Part shown: positions 50,301 through 59,364 of the stretch, in pieces | Layout: every line of letters begins with the position of its first letter | Numbering within the stretch: the first letter of the stretch is position 1 | Source: an uncultured Gammaproteobacteria bacterium | GTDB lineage: Bacteria > Patescibacteriota > Patescibacteriia > Magasanikbacterales > UBA922 | Assembly (NCBI GenBank): GCA_964612105.1 | Contig: CAZTEU010000002.1 | Coordinates: forward strand, 83,697 to 147,696 | Direction of reading: 5' to 3' | Length of the DNA stretch: 64,000 nt | Translations under genes and position numbers: made by a program | Notes under the pieces: generated by a model | What the model was told of the DNA's origin: nothing | Seen by the model: only the letters and a program-made list of their open reading frames with translations | Databases searched by the model: none

Positions 50301-50413
50301 TAAAAAACATACGGATTGTCTTCCGGACGTTCATTTACGGATTTTTCAAAAGTTTTATTCTTTTCCCAAAACTCTAAAATTTCTTTCTCATTTTTATCCG
50401 CTTGATAAGGCAT
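47387..50413 (-). CDS. ileS: isoleucyl-tRNA synthetase
   Basis: HIGH-region PPFATGLPHYGH, WDCHGLPIE, KMSKR, 1008 aa with editing domain. Confidence 0.9.
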   Translation of the reverse strand: MPYQADKNEKEILEFWEKNKTFEKSVNERPEDNPYVFYDGPPFATGLPHYGHIVASLMKDVVPRYWTMQGHRVERKWGWDCHGLPIENIVEKELDLHGRQEIVDYGVDKFNSACHKTVLKYAEEWKKTINRMGRWVDMENDYKTMDIEYMESVWWVFKQLWDKDLVYEGKKAMHICPRCVTPLSNFEVTQGYKDIKDISVTAKFKLNKDFDGIDGSVHALAWTTTPWTLPGNALLAVNPDITYVIAKFFVRQDEKGEPVYENYLLAKEIFANWNSSRKDYPEVTNYWPPFNLEGLTNEQEKELMTTPYKLAEMKGKDLVGTKYEPLFPYFAKTKNAFHIVSGDFVTTEEGTGVVHIAPAFGEDDYQVGLEEGTELIQHVKMDGTFAEEVTDFAGKKVKPKENPQEADIEIIKWLAGNNKIFSKKKYLHSYPHCWRCDTPLLNYATNSWFVRVSEIRDKLVKNNEKNTRWVPSHIKEKRFGTWLENARDWAVSRNRFWGAPLPAWKSEDGDVICVGSVKELEELIGKPVKDLHKHVVDKLVINKDGKKYHRVAEVLDCWFESGSMPYGQMHYPFENKEKFEKGFPAEFIAEGQDQTRGWFYTLHVLATALTMGEERSIPTGKMVPAFSNVIVNGIVLAEDGKKMSKRLQNYPDPMKVLETYGADAMRFYLVTSPVMHAEGLNFSESGVREVYNKVVNTLWNVLSFYEMFAKESKQPKKKSDNVLDKWIMARLNQLVKETTDRMNNYELAYASRPIQDFISDLSQWYVRRSRDRFKGDNEADKQFALATLHDVLLTLSKVMAPFTPFVSEKIYQSVKQYGSGDYKESVHLEMWPQKQKKVDEKILDEMEKTRKAVELGMSLRKEVGIRVRQPLATCAVSGVKNIKDYEQLISEELNVKEVVSSGNKKWDSREDGEIKVSMDVNITEDLKEEGLARELIRAINQMRKEQKLTINDSGTVVWDSKDKIVESVFDKHREEIAKSTRSEDIKKGKGGVEVELPGAKVALKVQKN

Positions 50414-50465
50414 AATGTTATAAATCTCATTATTATTTAGTGTTAACTACTATAAGGAAAAGAGG

Positions 50466-50504
50466 GGGCTGTGTCAACAAAATTACAAGACGCCCACCTT
50501 TCGA
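50466..50504 (-). terminator. terminator-like GC-rich hairpin at the end of island IV (minus strand)
   Basis: GACGCCCACctttcgaGTGGGCGTC; on the minus strand followed by UUGUAAUUUUGUU. Confidence 0.4.
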
Positions 50505-50543
50505 GTGGGCGTCGTCGTACTCCTACATTCCCCAAGCTTTCAC

Positions 50544-50966
50544 TCAAGGATATCGTTCTTTCATGTACTGCTCGAGAAGTGCCCGGCGCGCATGTTCTGG
50601 AACCCAACGCAGAGCTCCATCCAAACCCATGAAAAAACTGGTCATGCGTGAATCGAGAGTGTCTGCACCGTCGTCTCTGTGGCCAGAGAACCCACCTTCT
50701 GCCTCCTTGCAGAGAAGCTCGTCCATACGACTTGCCAAAAAATCCTTGCTGAATTGGAAAGTCTCGACAGTCCCATCCGTCTCTCTGCGCTCGATAATCT
50801 TGCGCTTCAACAGCTCCTCAAAATCGCCATCCTTTACACTAACTCCGCCAAATTCGCGGAAGTCGATATCCAGGAAAGCCCTCTTGGTGAACGGGTGCCA
50901 TTTCAAGAACACCATCATCGTCTGAACGACACCATATAGAGGACCCCCTTCTTTCACTCTGCACAT
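50544..50966 (-). CDS. hypothetical protein (island IV)
   Basis: 140 aa, GC-rich, no family recognised. Confidence 0.45.
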   Translation of the reverse strand: MCRVKEGGPLYGVVQTMMVFLKWHPFTKRAFLDIDFREFGGVSVKDGDFEELLKRKIIERRETDGTVETFQFSKDFLASRMDELLCKEAEGGFSGHRDDGADTLDSRMTSFFMGLDGALRWVPEHARRALLEQYMKERYP

Positions 50967-51000
50967 GTCACCCTCCTTTTTGGGTTACCTCTCGTTATGA

Positions 51001-51849
51001 TTATGACAAGGCGTTGTTGAGAAGCTCACCAACACCACCTGCACCAGGAACGATGTAGTGGTTGTCGGTCAGACCTCGTTCTTCGTCTGGGTGTGCACCC
51101 GGAATGCTGTTGAGTGCCTTTTCGGATGACAGTCCACGATCCAGGCGCAGAGCCCAAATCTCCATCTTGGGAAACCGCTTGGTCACGTGCCGGATGAACT
51201 CCGGAGTGACCATGAGGTTCATGGAAATCATCTTCGCGGGCATGCCCGGAACGGCGTCTCCAGCGTACAGCTCTGCAGCCTTGCACAGCGAGTGGCCTGT
51301 GGCTCCCATTGGATCTGGGAAGATGACGATGTGCTCGTCCACATTACCACAAGGCTTGAAGCCCGACAGTCCTGCACCAGTGACACGCTCAGACTTCCCC
51401 TCAACAGTCCTCTGCATCATGAGGTGATCCTGGTGAAGACCAGCAGGCAGGAGGATTTCCCCAAGCGCCTCGAAACAAACACCCGCTGGCGACGTGCCCG
51501 CACGAGCGACGTTCACAACCGTGACTTTTGTATCGTAGTCAACCACAGGCGCATGAAACTGCGCTTGCGCTGGATACTGCCTCACCATGCGAGTTGTCGC
51601 ACGTCTGTGGAAGCGTGGAAATGACCTGGAAACCACCGTGTGAATCATCCGGCGGTAAAGCTGTTTGACCAGCTTGTTCATCCGAGGGTGTAGACACTCC
51701 TCCGACCCGAACTCCGCCAGCCAGGTGAAGATCATGGGGTCCCAGGCCAAGTGCACCTTGGAACCGTAGAAGTGATGCACCTCGTCGGCACGAACCGCCG
51801 TCCCTTCTTGGTGTTTTTCCGTGTAAATGATATCGAAATGAGCAGGCAT
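51001..51849 (-). CDS. uracil phosphoribosyltransferase-like (PRTase) protein with N-terminal extension
   Basis: PRPP-binding-loop analogue IVIFPDPMGATGHSL (cf. ALIVDPMLATGGS) and C-terminal YIVPGAGGVGELL (cf. YIIPGLGDAGD). Start at MPAHF with AAGGAG RBS. Confidence 0.6.
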   Translation of the reverse strand: MPAHFDIIYTEKHQEGTAVRADEVHHFYGSKVHLAWDPMIFTWLAEFGSEECLHPRMNKLVKQLYRRMIHTVVSRSFPRFHRRATTRMVRQYPAQAQFHAPVVDYDTKVTVVNVARAGTSPAGVCFEALGEILLPAGLHQDHLMMQRTVEGKSERVTGAGLSGFKPCGNVDEHIVIFPDPMGATGHSLCKAAELYAGDAVPGMPAKMISMNLMVTPEFIRHVTKRFPKMEIWALRLDRGLSSEKALNSIPGAHPDEERGLTDNHYIVPGAGGVGELLNNALS

Positions 51850-51991
51850 GTTCTTTCTCCTTTTTGCACTCTTGTATTGGCGCAAATTATGAACAGCTTA
51901 CACTAATATCAGCATAAAAGCAAGAAGCACCTGCGCTTATCGACGAATCGACTTGCGCTAGGTGCTCTTTACTCCTTTTTTTTGTTCTTCG

Positions 51992-53020
51992 CTAGCCAGG
52001 TATGCCGAGTGGTAGCACAGCCTGTCCGTTGCTGTTGTCAGCAGTAGGACTTCCCCTCTCTGCTCGCATGCGCTCCAGCTCCGGTCCGATCAACCACTCC
52101 AGCTCTTCCCTGATTGTTGGGTAGAATCTGCTGTCAGGATTGGTCAGAATTGCTCCACGAAGGTGCATCCGTGAGCTCCTGTCTGGAACCTCGTCTGGCA
52201 GATGCCCCCGAACCAACTCAGCAATGATCTTCGTGGCATTGCTGGCGTTCTGGGTCATGTTTCTCACGACTCTTGCATTGTCGACGTGCTCACCATCCTT
52301 CCAAGCATCCAGGTCTGTGACCAGTGCCATGTGCCCATGAATGAAACCAAGCTCCGCAGCGAGACAGGCTTCCTGTGCCCAGTTCATACCGACAACATCC
52401 ACCTTTATGTCACTCACTTCAAGAATGCCTCCATTCATGTTCTTGTACAGAAGTGACTCCGCCTTTGTGGAGAACTGTGGACCATCGATGCAGATATGTG
52501 CGGATGGTGTTGTGTGTCGCCAGAAGAGCGTCTTGTCTTCCATGCCGAGAGCACGTTGACCGGCTCTGATCAGCGCGATGCGGAATTCCGGGTCCACCGG
52601 CGTTGCTGTGCTCACATGTCCCGCAAGACCTCTCCTCCAGAAGAAGGTCTTCTGACGATTGCTGGTCCTGTTGATGAAGTGCGTTGGAAGCACGATCCTG
52701 CACTCTTCGATTGCTTCTTGGAGCGAACCCACCGCGTTCACCGAGAGTGTGTGTGTCGCGTGCAACATATCGAGTACATGGAAATGCGCCCTGGACTGGA
52801 TCAGCGAAGGCGGGTCTGTATGATCCTCCCCGTGACGATTCACGAAGATAATATTCTTCCCTGCCATCTCGCCAACCACCACGTGTACTCCAGGCGGACC
52901 CTCGTCCAGCACTTCGTAGTACGGACTCTTGTAGTAACGACTCTCGAGAATCGTCATACCTTCGATCATGGCGAGTCCTGTGCCGCCTATCACTCCCAAC
53001 ACCGTTGGTTGTGTTTTCAT
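51992..53020 (-). CDS. 5'-methylthioadenosine / purine nucleoside phosphorylase (PNP/MTAP family)
   Basis: VLGVIGGTGL N-terminus, NIIFVNRHG, VVGMNWAQEACLAAELGFIHGHMALVTDLDAW typical of MTAP. Start at MKTQPT with GGAGGG RBS. Confidence 0.7.
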   Translation of the reverse strand: MKTQPTVLGVIGGTGLAMIEGMTILESRYYKSPYYEVLDEGPPGVHVVVGEMAGKNIIFVNRHGEDHTDPPSLIQSRAHFHVLDMLHATHTLSVNAVGSLQEAIEECRIVLPTHFINRTSNRQKTFFWRRGLAGHVSTATPVDPEFRIALIRAGQRALGMEDKTLFWRHTTPSAHICIDGPQFSTKAESLLYKNMNGGILEVSDIKVDVVGMNWAQEACLAAELGFIHGHMALVTDLDAWKDGEHVDNARVVRNMTQNASNATKIIAELVRGHLPDEVPDRSSRMHLRGAILTNPDSRFYPTIREELEWLIGPELERMRAERGSPTADNSNGQAVLPLGIPG

Positions 53021-53088
53021 CTCGTCCCTCCATGGCGCCTTGGCGCCTGTTGTGTCCTTTCGGATTTTATCACCGCAGGACATGAGCG

Positions 53089-54207
53089 TCAAACCTTTTC
53101 CTTAAGGTCTGGTTCGATCAGTCTGTAATAAATCTCCATCGCTTTTGCAAGAACATCTGGAGGGACAGCTTTTGACAACACACCGATTTGATCCAGTGCA
53201 TAGTCGAGAAGCACCTCTTCCTTACTAAGCTTATCATACCAAGACCTTGGAACCTTTGCTGTCCAGACGTTCAGATACGCTCTTACCGTTGAGTCGTCTC
53301 GCACCCCACGAAGCCATCCGCTTTCTCTCATTCTGTCCACGAACACACGGTAGGCCTTCTTGTTCTTGAAGGTTCTTCCAGGACCCACCATTTTTCTTGT
53401 GAACTTAGAAGTGTGGAATGGAATTCCTCCTGACAATTGGAACAGCTCTTGTCTAGTTGCATTTGCAGCTTCCATCGTACCAGACATCTTTGTTGTGGCC
53501 CCTTCTATGGCCTCCGAAGGTTCTATGCATAATTCTGATGTAAAGATGGCGAGAGTAACTTGGAGCTCCCACAAGAGCATCCCTTCGTCTGCAGGACATG
53601 CAGCCCGAAGTTCGTCAGGAAGGTTCTTATCTACCCAGGAGTACAGGTAACCAACCTCTCCTGTGTGCGTATGGCGAATTCCTTTGAGCCATCCCCTTCT
53701 ACAGGCCCGTGATAGAAACGAACGAAAGGACTGGTCTGTTGAGAAGTGGGCGTCCAGCCCATTACCAACCATTTCATAGGACATGTCCTTGGCGTAAAAC
53801 GGACGAGCTTGAGATTTTACACGCAAACGGATCATGCGCGTAAGATGTTCTCGAGCCTTCCCACTCATAATTCTAGTCCTTGGTGTTGGCACGGACCCAA
53901 TATCTTCTACGACCTGTTTTGCCCAGGCACTTCTACCCCTCTTGAACCTGTACTGATAGTCCGACCAACCACCGTTTGCCCTTAATGACGCGTGCCTGCG
54001 CTCCAAAAGACGTCCTGGATGATCTTCTACGATTGAGTTCTTGTTGATCTCGCGGACGATATCTCCAACTGATGTTATGGAAGGTACCTTATGGTCTCTT
54101 GCTGCGAGACTAACGTCTGGAATATAGAACCAGCCCAAGCCAAAGCGGTAGTATATCCACCGCATGAGCGTCAAACCTTCTGACATGTTACTATCTTGGC
54201 ATGTCAT
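53089..54207 (-). CDS. hypothetical protein (island IV), no recognisable domain
   Basis: 372 aa, GGAGGTG RBS 4 nt upstream of the ATG. Confidence 0.5.
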   Translation of the reverse strand: MTCQDSNMSEGLTLMRWIYYRFGLGWFYIPDVSLAARDHKVPSITSVGDIVREINKNSIVEDHPGRLLERRHASLRANGGWSDYQYRFKRGRSAWAKQVVEDIGSVPTPRTRIMSGKAREHLTRMIRLRVKSQARPFYAKDMSYEMVGNGLDAHFSTDQSFRSFLSRACRRGWLKGIRHTHTGEVGYLYSWVDKNLPDELRAACPADEGMLLWELQVTLAIFTSELCIEPSEAIEGATTKMSGTMEAANATRQELFQLSGGIPFHTSKFTRKMVGPGRTFKNKKAYRVFVDRMRESGWLRGVRDDSTVRAYLNVWTAKVPRSWYDKLSKEEVLLDYALDQIGVLSKAVPPDVLAKAMEIYYRLIEPDLKEKV

Positions 54208-54334
54208 TACTCACCTCCGTGCGATGAATTGATGTAAACTCTTACGAGCCACACTTGGACGCTATCACTTTTCCTTATAAAATTCAAGACCTCTGCCGTG
54301 TACTCACGCATATGCGCTTTCCTGCGACAGAGGT

Positions 54335-54799
54335 CTAGTCCTTGTTTGTCCAGCGATATCTACCGCGACTCACTCTCTCCAGAAGTTCGTGTTGGATAAG
54401 GGTTTCCAACATACGGTATCGTGCTGTCCTATTGCGAGAAGGTCTCCAATCCTCACGCTTGGAAAACTCAGCCAAGTCGTCCGTTGTAAACTCCGGACCG
54501 GTAAGCTCCCAAAGTTGCTCTGCTCCGTAGACAGACTTCATCCTCCCCCATTTCTCAGTCCCGTAGACCCATTCGTAGCTGAAGGTATGCCTTGGTCTTG
54601 GGTGCTTTGTGCTCTTGTGCACAGTCTGTCGTATCCACCCTTTTTCCACAAACCTGTTGAGTATGGTTACTGCGAAAGTTGCGGTAGGTAGTGGCGAATT
54701 ATGACCTGTAAGGTCGTTCACGTGTGCGAACTTGAACTCGTCGTTCGGGATTTGGCCACGCAACCAATCCCGGAGCTCTGTGTCTCTTTCTGGTTGCAT
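54335..54799 (-). CDS. hypothetical protein (island IV)
   Basis: 154 aa, GGAGGT RBS; C-terminal part has winged-helix-like character (weak). Confidence 0.45.
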   Translation of the reverse strand: MQPERDTELRDWLRGQIPNDEFKFAHVNDLTGHNSPLPTATFAVTILNRFVEKGWIRQTVHKSTKHPRPRHTFSYEWVYGTEKWGRMKSVYGAEQLWELTGPEFTTDDLAEFSKREDWRPSRNRTARYRMLETLIQHELLERVSRGRYRWTNKD

Positions 54800-54800
54800 A

Positions 54801-55034
54801 TTAACCTCCGCCTCTCTTCTGTGTCCTTAGGTCCTCGTGCAACATGTAGTGAGGCAGTCCTCTTTTCCTGCGTCCCGCCTTCTTGAGCACACCCAAGGCA
54901 ATGAGTCGGTCTACGGGTATACGAATCCCAGTGTTGCGAATCTCACTGACTGTGTATTTCCCATTCTGACCAAGATGCGCTTTGATTCTCATCACAGCCC
55001 GCTTCACAGGCTCTGGAAGTTCTGAAAGCTTCAT
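54801..55034 (-). CDS. small basic putative DNA-binding protein (HTH-like)
   Basis: 77 aa; TVSEIRNTGIRIPVDRLIALGVL resembles a helix-turn-helix; AGGAG RBS. Confidence 0.4.
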   Translation of the reverse strand: MKLSELPEPVKRAVMRIKAHLGQNGKYTVSEIRNTGIRIPVDRLIALGVLKKAGRRKRGLPHYMLHEDLRTQKRGGG

Positions 55035-55179
55035 AGTCTTCTCCTGTATTGCGACCTACCGGTCTTGGCTGGTGGAAACACTCCTTGTACAGAGACACTA
55101 GCAGAACAAAGACACAAAGTCAACCTGTTGCTCACCCTAAAACCTCGTGCTATAATCCCGCTATGTATAATGTATAACT

Positions 55180-55632
55180 ATGTATAAAGGAAAACTGTAT
55201 ATTGCTAGTGACCATGGGGGATATAAGCTAAAAAAGCGTCTTATTCGCTATGTGGAAAAAGAGCTAAAACTAAAAATTGAGGATATGGGACCACATGAGT
55301 ATAATGAAGAAGACGATTATCCAGATTATATTATTCCTCTTGCTAATGAGGTGGTAAAAAATAAAGGACGTGGTATAGCAATATGCAGAAATGGAATCGG
55401 GGTGTCTGTTGCATCTAATAAGGTGAAAGGGATACGTGCAGGAGTTGGATATAGTATAAAAGTGGCAGAAAGTATGATGAAAGATGATAATACAAACATA
55501 CTTGCTCTTGCTGGAGACACACTTTCACAGGATCATGCAATGGCGATTGTAAAAAGATGGCTCAAAACTGAGTTTAGTAAAGAGAAACGCCACAAGCGAA
55601 GAATTAATAAAGTTATGGCGATAGAGAAATAA
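55180..55632 (+). CDS. rpiB: ribose-5-phosphate isomerase B
   Basis: LYIASDHGGYKLK...ICRNGIGVSVASNK canonical RpiB/LacAB. Confidence 0.85.
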   Translation: MYKGKLYIASDHGGYKLKKRLIRYVEKELKLKIEDMGPHEYNEEDDYPDYIIPLANEVVKNKGRGIAICRNGIGVSVASNKVKGIRAGVGYSIKVAESMMKDDNTNILALAGDTLSQDHAMAIVKRWLKTEFSKEKRHKRRINKVMAIEK

Positions 55633-55633
55633 T

Positions 55634-56290
55634 ATGTCCGTTAAGATAATCCCATCTACACTTGTACAATCCAAAAATGAGTTTCTTTCGCAGATAAAAG
55701 GACTAGGAGAGTCCTTAGATATGATTCAGCTGGATATTGCAGATGGAGGGTTTGTAGACAATAAGACCTGGGCTGACCCAAAAGTAGTAAGAAATATATC
55801 TTTGGATGTCGAACTACATTTAATGGTAGATGATCCATACGAAGAACTAAAAAAATGGGAGGCTGTTTCTCAGATAAAAAGAGTGCTTATCCATTACGAA
55901 TCAGAGGGGGAAAGCACAAAAGAGTTGATACATAAACTAAAAGATAATAATATTTGGCAAATAGGCGTTGTCCTTAATCCTGAGACAGACATTTCTGTTC
56001 TAGAGTCATTTCTTGGAAGTATAGATGTTGTGATGTTCATGGGGGTACACCCTGGATTACAAGGTCAGTCATTTTTACCAGAAACTCTAGAAAAAATAAG
56101 GCAATTTAAAAATATGAACACAAGCCACATGATTTCCATAGACGGTGGTGTAAACAAAGAAACAATAAATGATATTGTAATGGCTGGAGCAGACATCGTC
56201 TGTCCCGGAAGTGCAATATTTCATACGGATAAAACTCCCTCAGAAAATGTTGAGGAGATGAAATACATAATAGATAATATTAATAAATAG
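55634..56290 (+). CDS. rpe: ribulose-phosphate 3-epimerase
   Basis: IIPSTL...LDIADGGFV...MGVHPGLQGQSF TIM-barrel epimerase motifs. Confidence 0.85.
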   Translation: MSVKIIPSTLVQSKNEFLSQIKGLGESLDMIQLDIADGGFVDNKTWADPKVVRNISLDVELHLMVDDPYEELKKWEAVSQIKRVLIHYESEGESTKELIHKLKDNNIWQIGVVLNPETDISVLESFLGSIDVVMFMGVHPGLQGQSFLPETLEKIRQFKNMNTSHMISIDGGVNKETINDIVMAGADIVCPGSAIFHTDKTPSENVEEMKYIIDNINK

Positions 56291-56292
56291 AT

Positions 56293-57261
56293 ATGGCACA
56301 AGAAGAACTATTGGACTTGGTAATAATAGGAGCTGCTGCTGCAGGAAGCGCAGCTGCAATATATGCAGCAAGAAGACACCTCAACTTTGTTATGGTTGCA
56401 AAAGACACAGGTGGTGAAGTTGCTCTTTCTGGAGAAGTAGAGAACTGGCCAGGAACAATTAACACAACAGGTTTTGAGCTTGCAAAGAACTTTAATGATC
56501 ATGTTAAGTCCTATAATGTAAAAATAGATGAGGGTTTTGGTGTTACAAAAATAGAACAAGAAAAAAACTATCATGTTGTACACGCAGAAACTTCTACTGG
56601 AAAAACTCAGTCTTATAAAACAAAGAGTGTAATCATAGCAAGCGGAATCCATCCAAGGTTATTAGAAATCCCAGGAGAAAAAGAATTAAAAGGAAAAGGG
56701 GTTACGTACTGTACTGTGTGTGACGGACCTCTTTTTGGAGGTAAGACTACTGCAACAATCGGTGCTGGTAATTCTGCTGTGGAGTCCGCACTAATGATGG
56801 CAGAAATTGCAGAGAAGGTTTTTCTTGTTACAAAATATGCAGACACACCAGAAAACAAAGGTGGTTTTCCAAAAGCAGAGGATATTCTTGTAAAGAAACT
56901 AAAAGAAAAGAAGAATGTGGAAATTATATATAGTGCATCTACAAAGGAAATCACAGGAGATGGAATGGTGTCTGGTATAAAATATGAGGATACAGCCACC
57001 AAAGAAAATAAAGAAATAAAAGTAGATGGAGTAATGGTTCATATTGGAATGATTCCAAACTCTGACTTTGTAACCTGTGGCAAAAAGAACAAAGCAGGAG
57101 AGATTGTGGTAAACACTCGTTGTGAAACAGATTGCCCTGGTATTTTTGCAGCTGGAGATGTTACAGACATTCCCTTCAAACAAATTAGTATTGCAGTAGG
57201 GCATGGGGCAACATCTGCGTTGTCTGCAATAGATTATCTCAACAAATGGGAGCCTAAGTAG
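56293..57261 (+). CDS. trxB: thioredoxin-disulfide reductase
   Basis: FAD GxGxxG (IIGAAAAGSAAAIYAA), redox-active CTVCDG, NADPH motif. Confidence 0.85.
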   Translation: MAQEELLDLVIIGAAAAGSAAAIYAARRHLNFVMVAKDTGGEVALSGEVENWPGTINTTGFELAKNFNDHVKSYNVKIDEGFGVTKIEQEKNYHVVHAETSTGKTQSYKTKSVIIASGIHPRLLEIPGEKELKGKGVTYCTVCDGPLFGGKTTATIGAGNSAVESALMMAEIAEKVFLVTKYADTPENKGGFPKAEDILVKKLKEKKNVEIIYSASTKEITGDGMVSGIKYEDTATKENKEIKVDGVMVHIGMIPNSDFVTCGKKNKAGEIVVNTRCETDCPGIFAAGDVTDIPFKQISIAVGHGATSALSAIDYLNKWEPK

Positions 57262-57304
57262 TAGCTAGTTTGCGGGAAAATAGGAATAGTGCTAGGATAA
57301 AAAT

Positions 57305-57505
57305 ATGAACATAGCAAAGATTAAAACAAAGAAGCCTATAATCACGTTGTTGGACTTTTTTAGCATGAGAAGTGGGGCAAAAAGTAGTGCAGAAAAAGGG
57401 CAAAAAGTGGACAAGATTATAGAAAATGCCAGGAAGGACTACAACGCGGGTAATTACACTACTCATAAAAATGCTAAAAGCATCATTGCAGAATTAGAAT
57501 CATAA
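57305..57505 (+). CDS. putative antitoxin of a type II TA pair
   Basis: 66-aa ORF immediately upstream of the RelE/ParE-like toxin gene. Confidence 0.4.
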   Translation: MNIAKIKTKKPIITLLDFFSMRSGAKSSAEKGQKVDKIIENARKDYNAGNYTTHKNAKSIIAELES

Positions 57506-57521
57506 TTTATCTGAGATTAGT

Positions 57522-57785
57522 ATGGAGGTTAATCTCTCACCGGGCTTTAAACGAGCCTACAAAAAAATGACGCAACAAATTAGGGAGGATTTTCAAGAAA
57601 AAATTACTATTTTTTGCAAGAATCCAAGACATCCATCACTTAAAACGCACAAACTGAAAGGTTATTTACAAGAATGTTTTGCGTTTCGACTCAAAAATGG
57701 ATATAGGGTTCTTTTTGAATTTAAAAAACCAAACACGGTTAATATGCCAGACATAGGACCTCATGATTTATACAAAAAGAGATAA
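57522..57785 (+). CDS. RelE/ParE-family toxin (YoeB/Txe-like)
   Basis: 87 aa; ...HPSLKTHKLKGYLQECFAFRLKNGYRVLFEF... matches the RelE/ParE core pattern. Confidence 0.6.
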   Translation: MEVNLSPGFKRAYKKMTQQIREDFQEKITIFCKNPRHPSLKTHKLKGYLQECFAFRLKNGYRVLFEFKKPNTVNMPDIGPHDLYKKR

Positions 57786-57786
57786 T

Positions 57787-59349
57787 ATGAGGAACAAATA
57801 CATAGTAATACTAATTGGACTCTTCCTCCTTCAATTCTTTTTTGTCTCCCCAATCGGTGAGTTTGCTCTTAATGATGACTGGGTGCAGGCAGACACTGTT
57901 AGACATTTAACAGAAGCTGGGGAATGGAGAGTTATGCCTTATGCAGGGGCAACATTTCATGCCTTAGTTGGTTATGGCTCATTCTTTACCTCTATGTTTG
58001 GCTTCTCATTTACAGTTCTGCGTATCTCTACTCTTATACTAATGCTTACAACTATTGTTGTGAGTTTTTTACTGTTTGAAAAAATAACAAAAAATAAAAA
58101 GTTGAGTTTTGTTGGAACATTACTACTCTGGTTAAACCCGATTGTCTATAATCTTTCTTTTACTTTCATGACAGATGTTCCTGCTTTATTTCTCCTTATC
58201 GCAGGAATGTATTTATACCTAATAGGCTTTGAGAGAAAGAAGTCTGTTTTGGTCTTCCTAGCATCTTCTCTTTGTGTTATTGGCTTCTATACAAGACAGA
58301 CAAATATACTATTACTTGTAGCAGGACTTGTATTTTCTTGTTATAAGAAAAGGCTGTCGTACAAAGAAATATTACTTACGTTTGGAATACCACTAATCAT
58401 TGGGGCTGGAATATATTTTGGGTTGTCTGCCAAAGATTTATTACCACAAACAACAGACTCTCATATTATAAAAGGTTTTTGGCGACAAATAGGCCATATG
58501 AAGTGGTGGAGTTTTTATATTCCAATGTATCTTGGTATGTTTCTATCCCCTCTTACTTTTGGATGGTTAGTAAAACAAAAAGATGTACTAAAAAACTCTC
58601 GTCTTTTAGTTATCGTATTTGTTTCCACTCTATTTGCACTTATTATTCGTCAAGCATTTCACTTACAAATGCCTTATGTGTCTAATATGATAGACATATA
58701 TGGTCTAGCCCCAATGAGCGGTGTATTGCGAGGTTTGTTTATTCCAATATTCTCCAGTAAGCTGTGGGGCGTGATTACATTACTAAGTGCAGGCAGTGTG
58801 GGTATAGGTGTTGAGATGTTGTTACAAAAGAAAGATAGGTTTAATTATTGGTTTATATACTTATTTGGCGTCTTATACACTCTTGCCTTACTTGCTTTTG
58901 ACAGTTTCGATCGTTACATAATAATGCTAATACCTGTACTTATAATTGCGCTTATTAAAAGTATAGGAAAAGACTTTTCCTACTCTGTGTCTGCAATTAT
59001 CCTTTGTGTCTTCGCTATATACGGAATTAGCCAAACCCAATTCTATATGAACTGGAATAACACAAGATGGAAACTAGCTGATGAAGTATTAATAGAAATG
59101 AAGCTAGAGCCAAAAAATATAGATGCTGGGTACGAGTGGAATGGTTGGCATGATTATTGGAGAGCGTCTAAAGAAGGTCCAGAACCAATCCCAAATAATA
59201 ACCCTTGGTGGATTCTTGGATTATTTACAGATAACACAGAAGACATAGTGGTGTCTCAATCTGCAATGGAAGGATATAGTGTTATAAAAGAAGAAAAGGT
59301 GAGAGGTTGGAACCCAAACAATATTCTGTTTGTTTTGCAAAAATCATAG
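57787..59349 (+). CDS. GT-C fold glycosyltransferase (ArnT/PMT-like, GT39/GT83-type membrane protein)
   Basis: ~11 TM helices, N-terminal periplasmic-loop acidic motif (NDDWVQAD), overall architecture of the ArnT/PMT family. Start at the second Met to avoid overlap with the toxin gene. Confidence 0.5.
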   Translation: MRNKYIVILIGLFLLQFFFVSPIGEFALNDDWVQADTVRHLTEAGEWRVMPYAGATFHALVGYGSFFTSMFGFSFTVLRISTLILMLTTIVVSFLLFEKITKNKKLSFVGTLLLWLNPIVYNLSFTFMTDVPALFLLIAGMYLYLIGFERKKSVLVFLASSLCVIGFYTRQTNILLLVAGLVFSCYKKRLSYKEILLTFGIPLIIGAGIYFGLSAKDLLPQTTDSHIIKGFWRQIGHMKWWSFYIPMYLGMFLSPLTFGWLVKQKDVLKNSRLLVIVFVSTLFALIIRQAFHLQMPYVSNMIDIYGLAPMSGVLRGLFIPIFSSKLWGVITLLSAGSVGIGVEMLLQKKDRFNYWFIYLFGVLYTLALLAFDSFDRYIIMLIPVLIIALIKSIGKDFSYSVSAIILCVFAIYGISQTQFYMNWNNTRWKLADEVLIEMKLEPKNIDAGYEWNGWHDYWRASKEGPEPIPNNNPWWILGLFTDNTEDIVVSQSAMEGYSVIKEEKVRGWNPNNILFVLQKS

Positions 59350-59364
59350 TGATATAATGTATAT

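Noticed and set aside
51062-53128. Multiple overlapping ORFs in alternative frames within island IV (e.g. 52419..53033-, 52496..53128+, 51187..51624+)
   Set aside because: Same GC-rich shadow-ORF effect. They overlap the MTAP-like and UPRT-like genes that carry recognisable motifs.
55140-55185. Triple ATGTATAA tandem repeat at the rpiB start
   Set aside because: Probably a chance overlap of the -10 region (TATAAT) and the first codons (ATG TAT AAA). Too short to call a repeat element.
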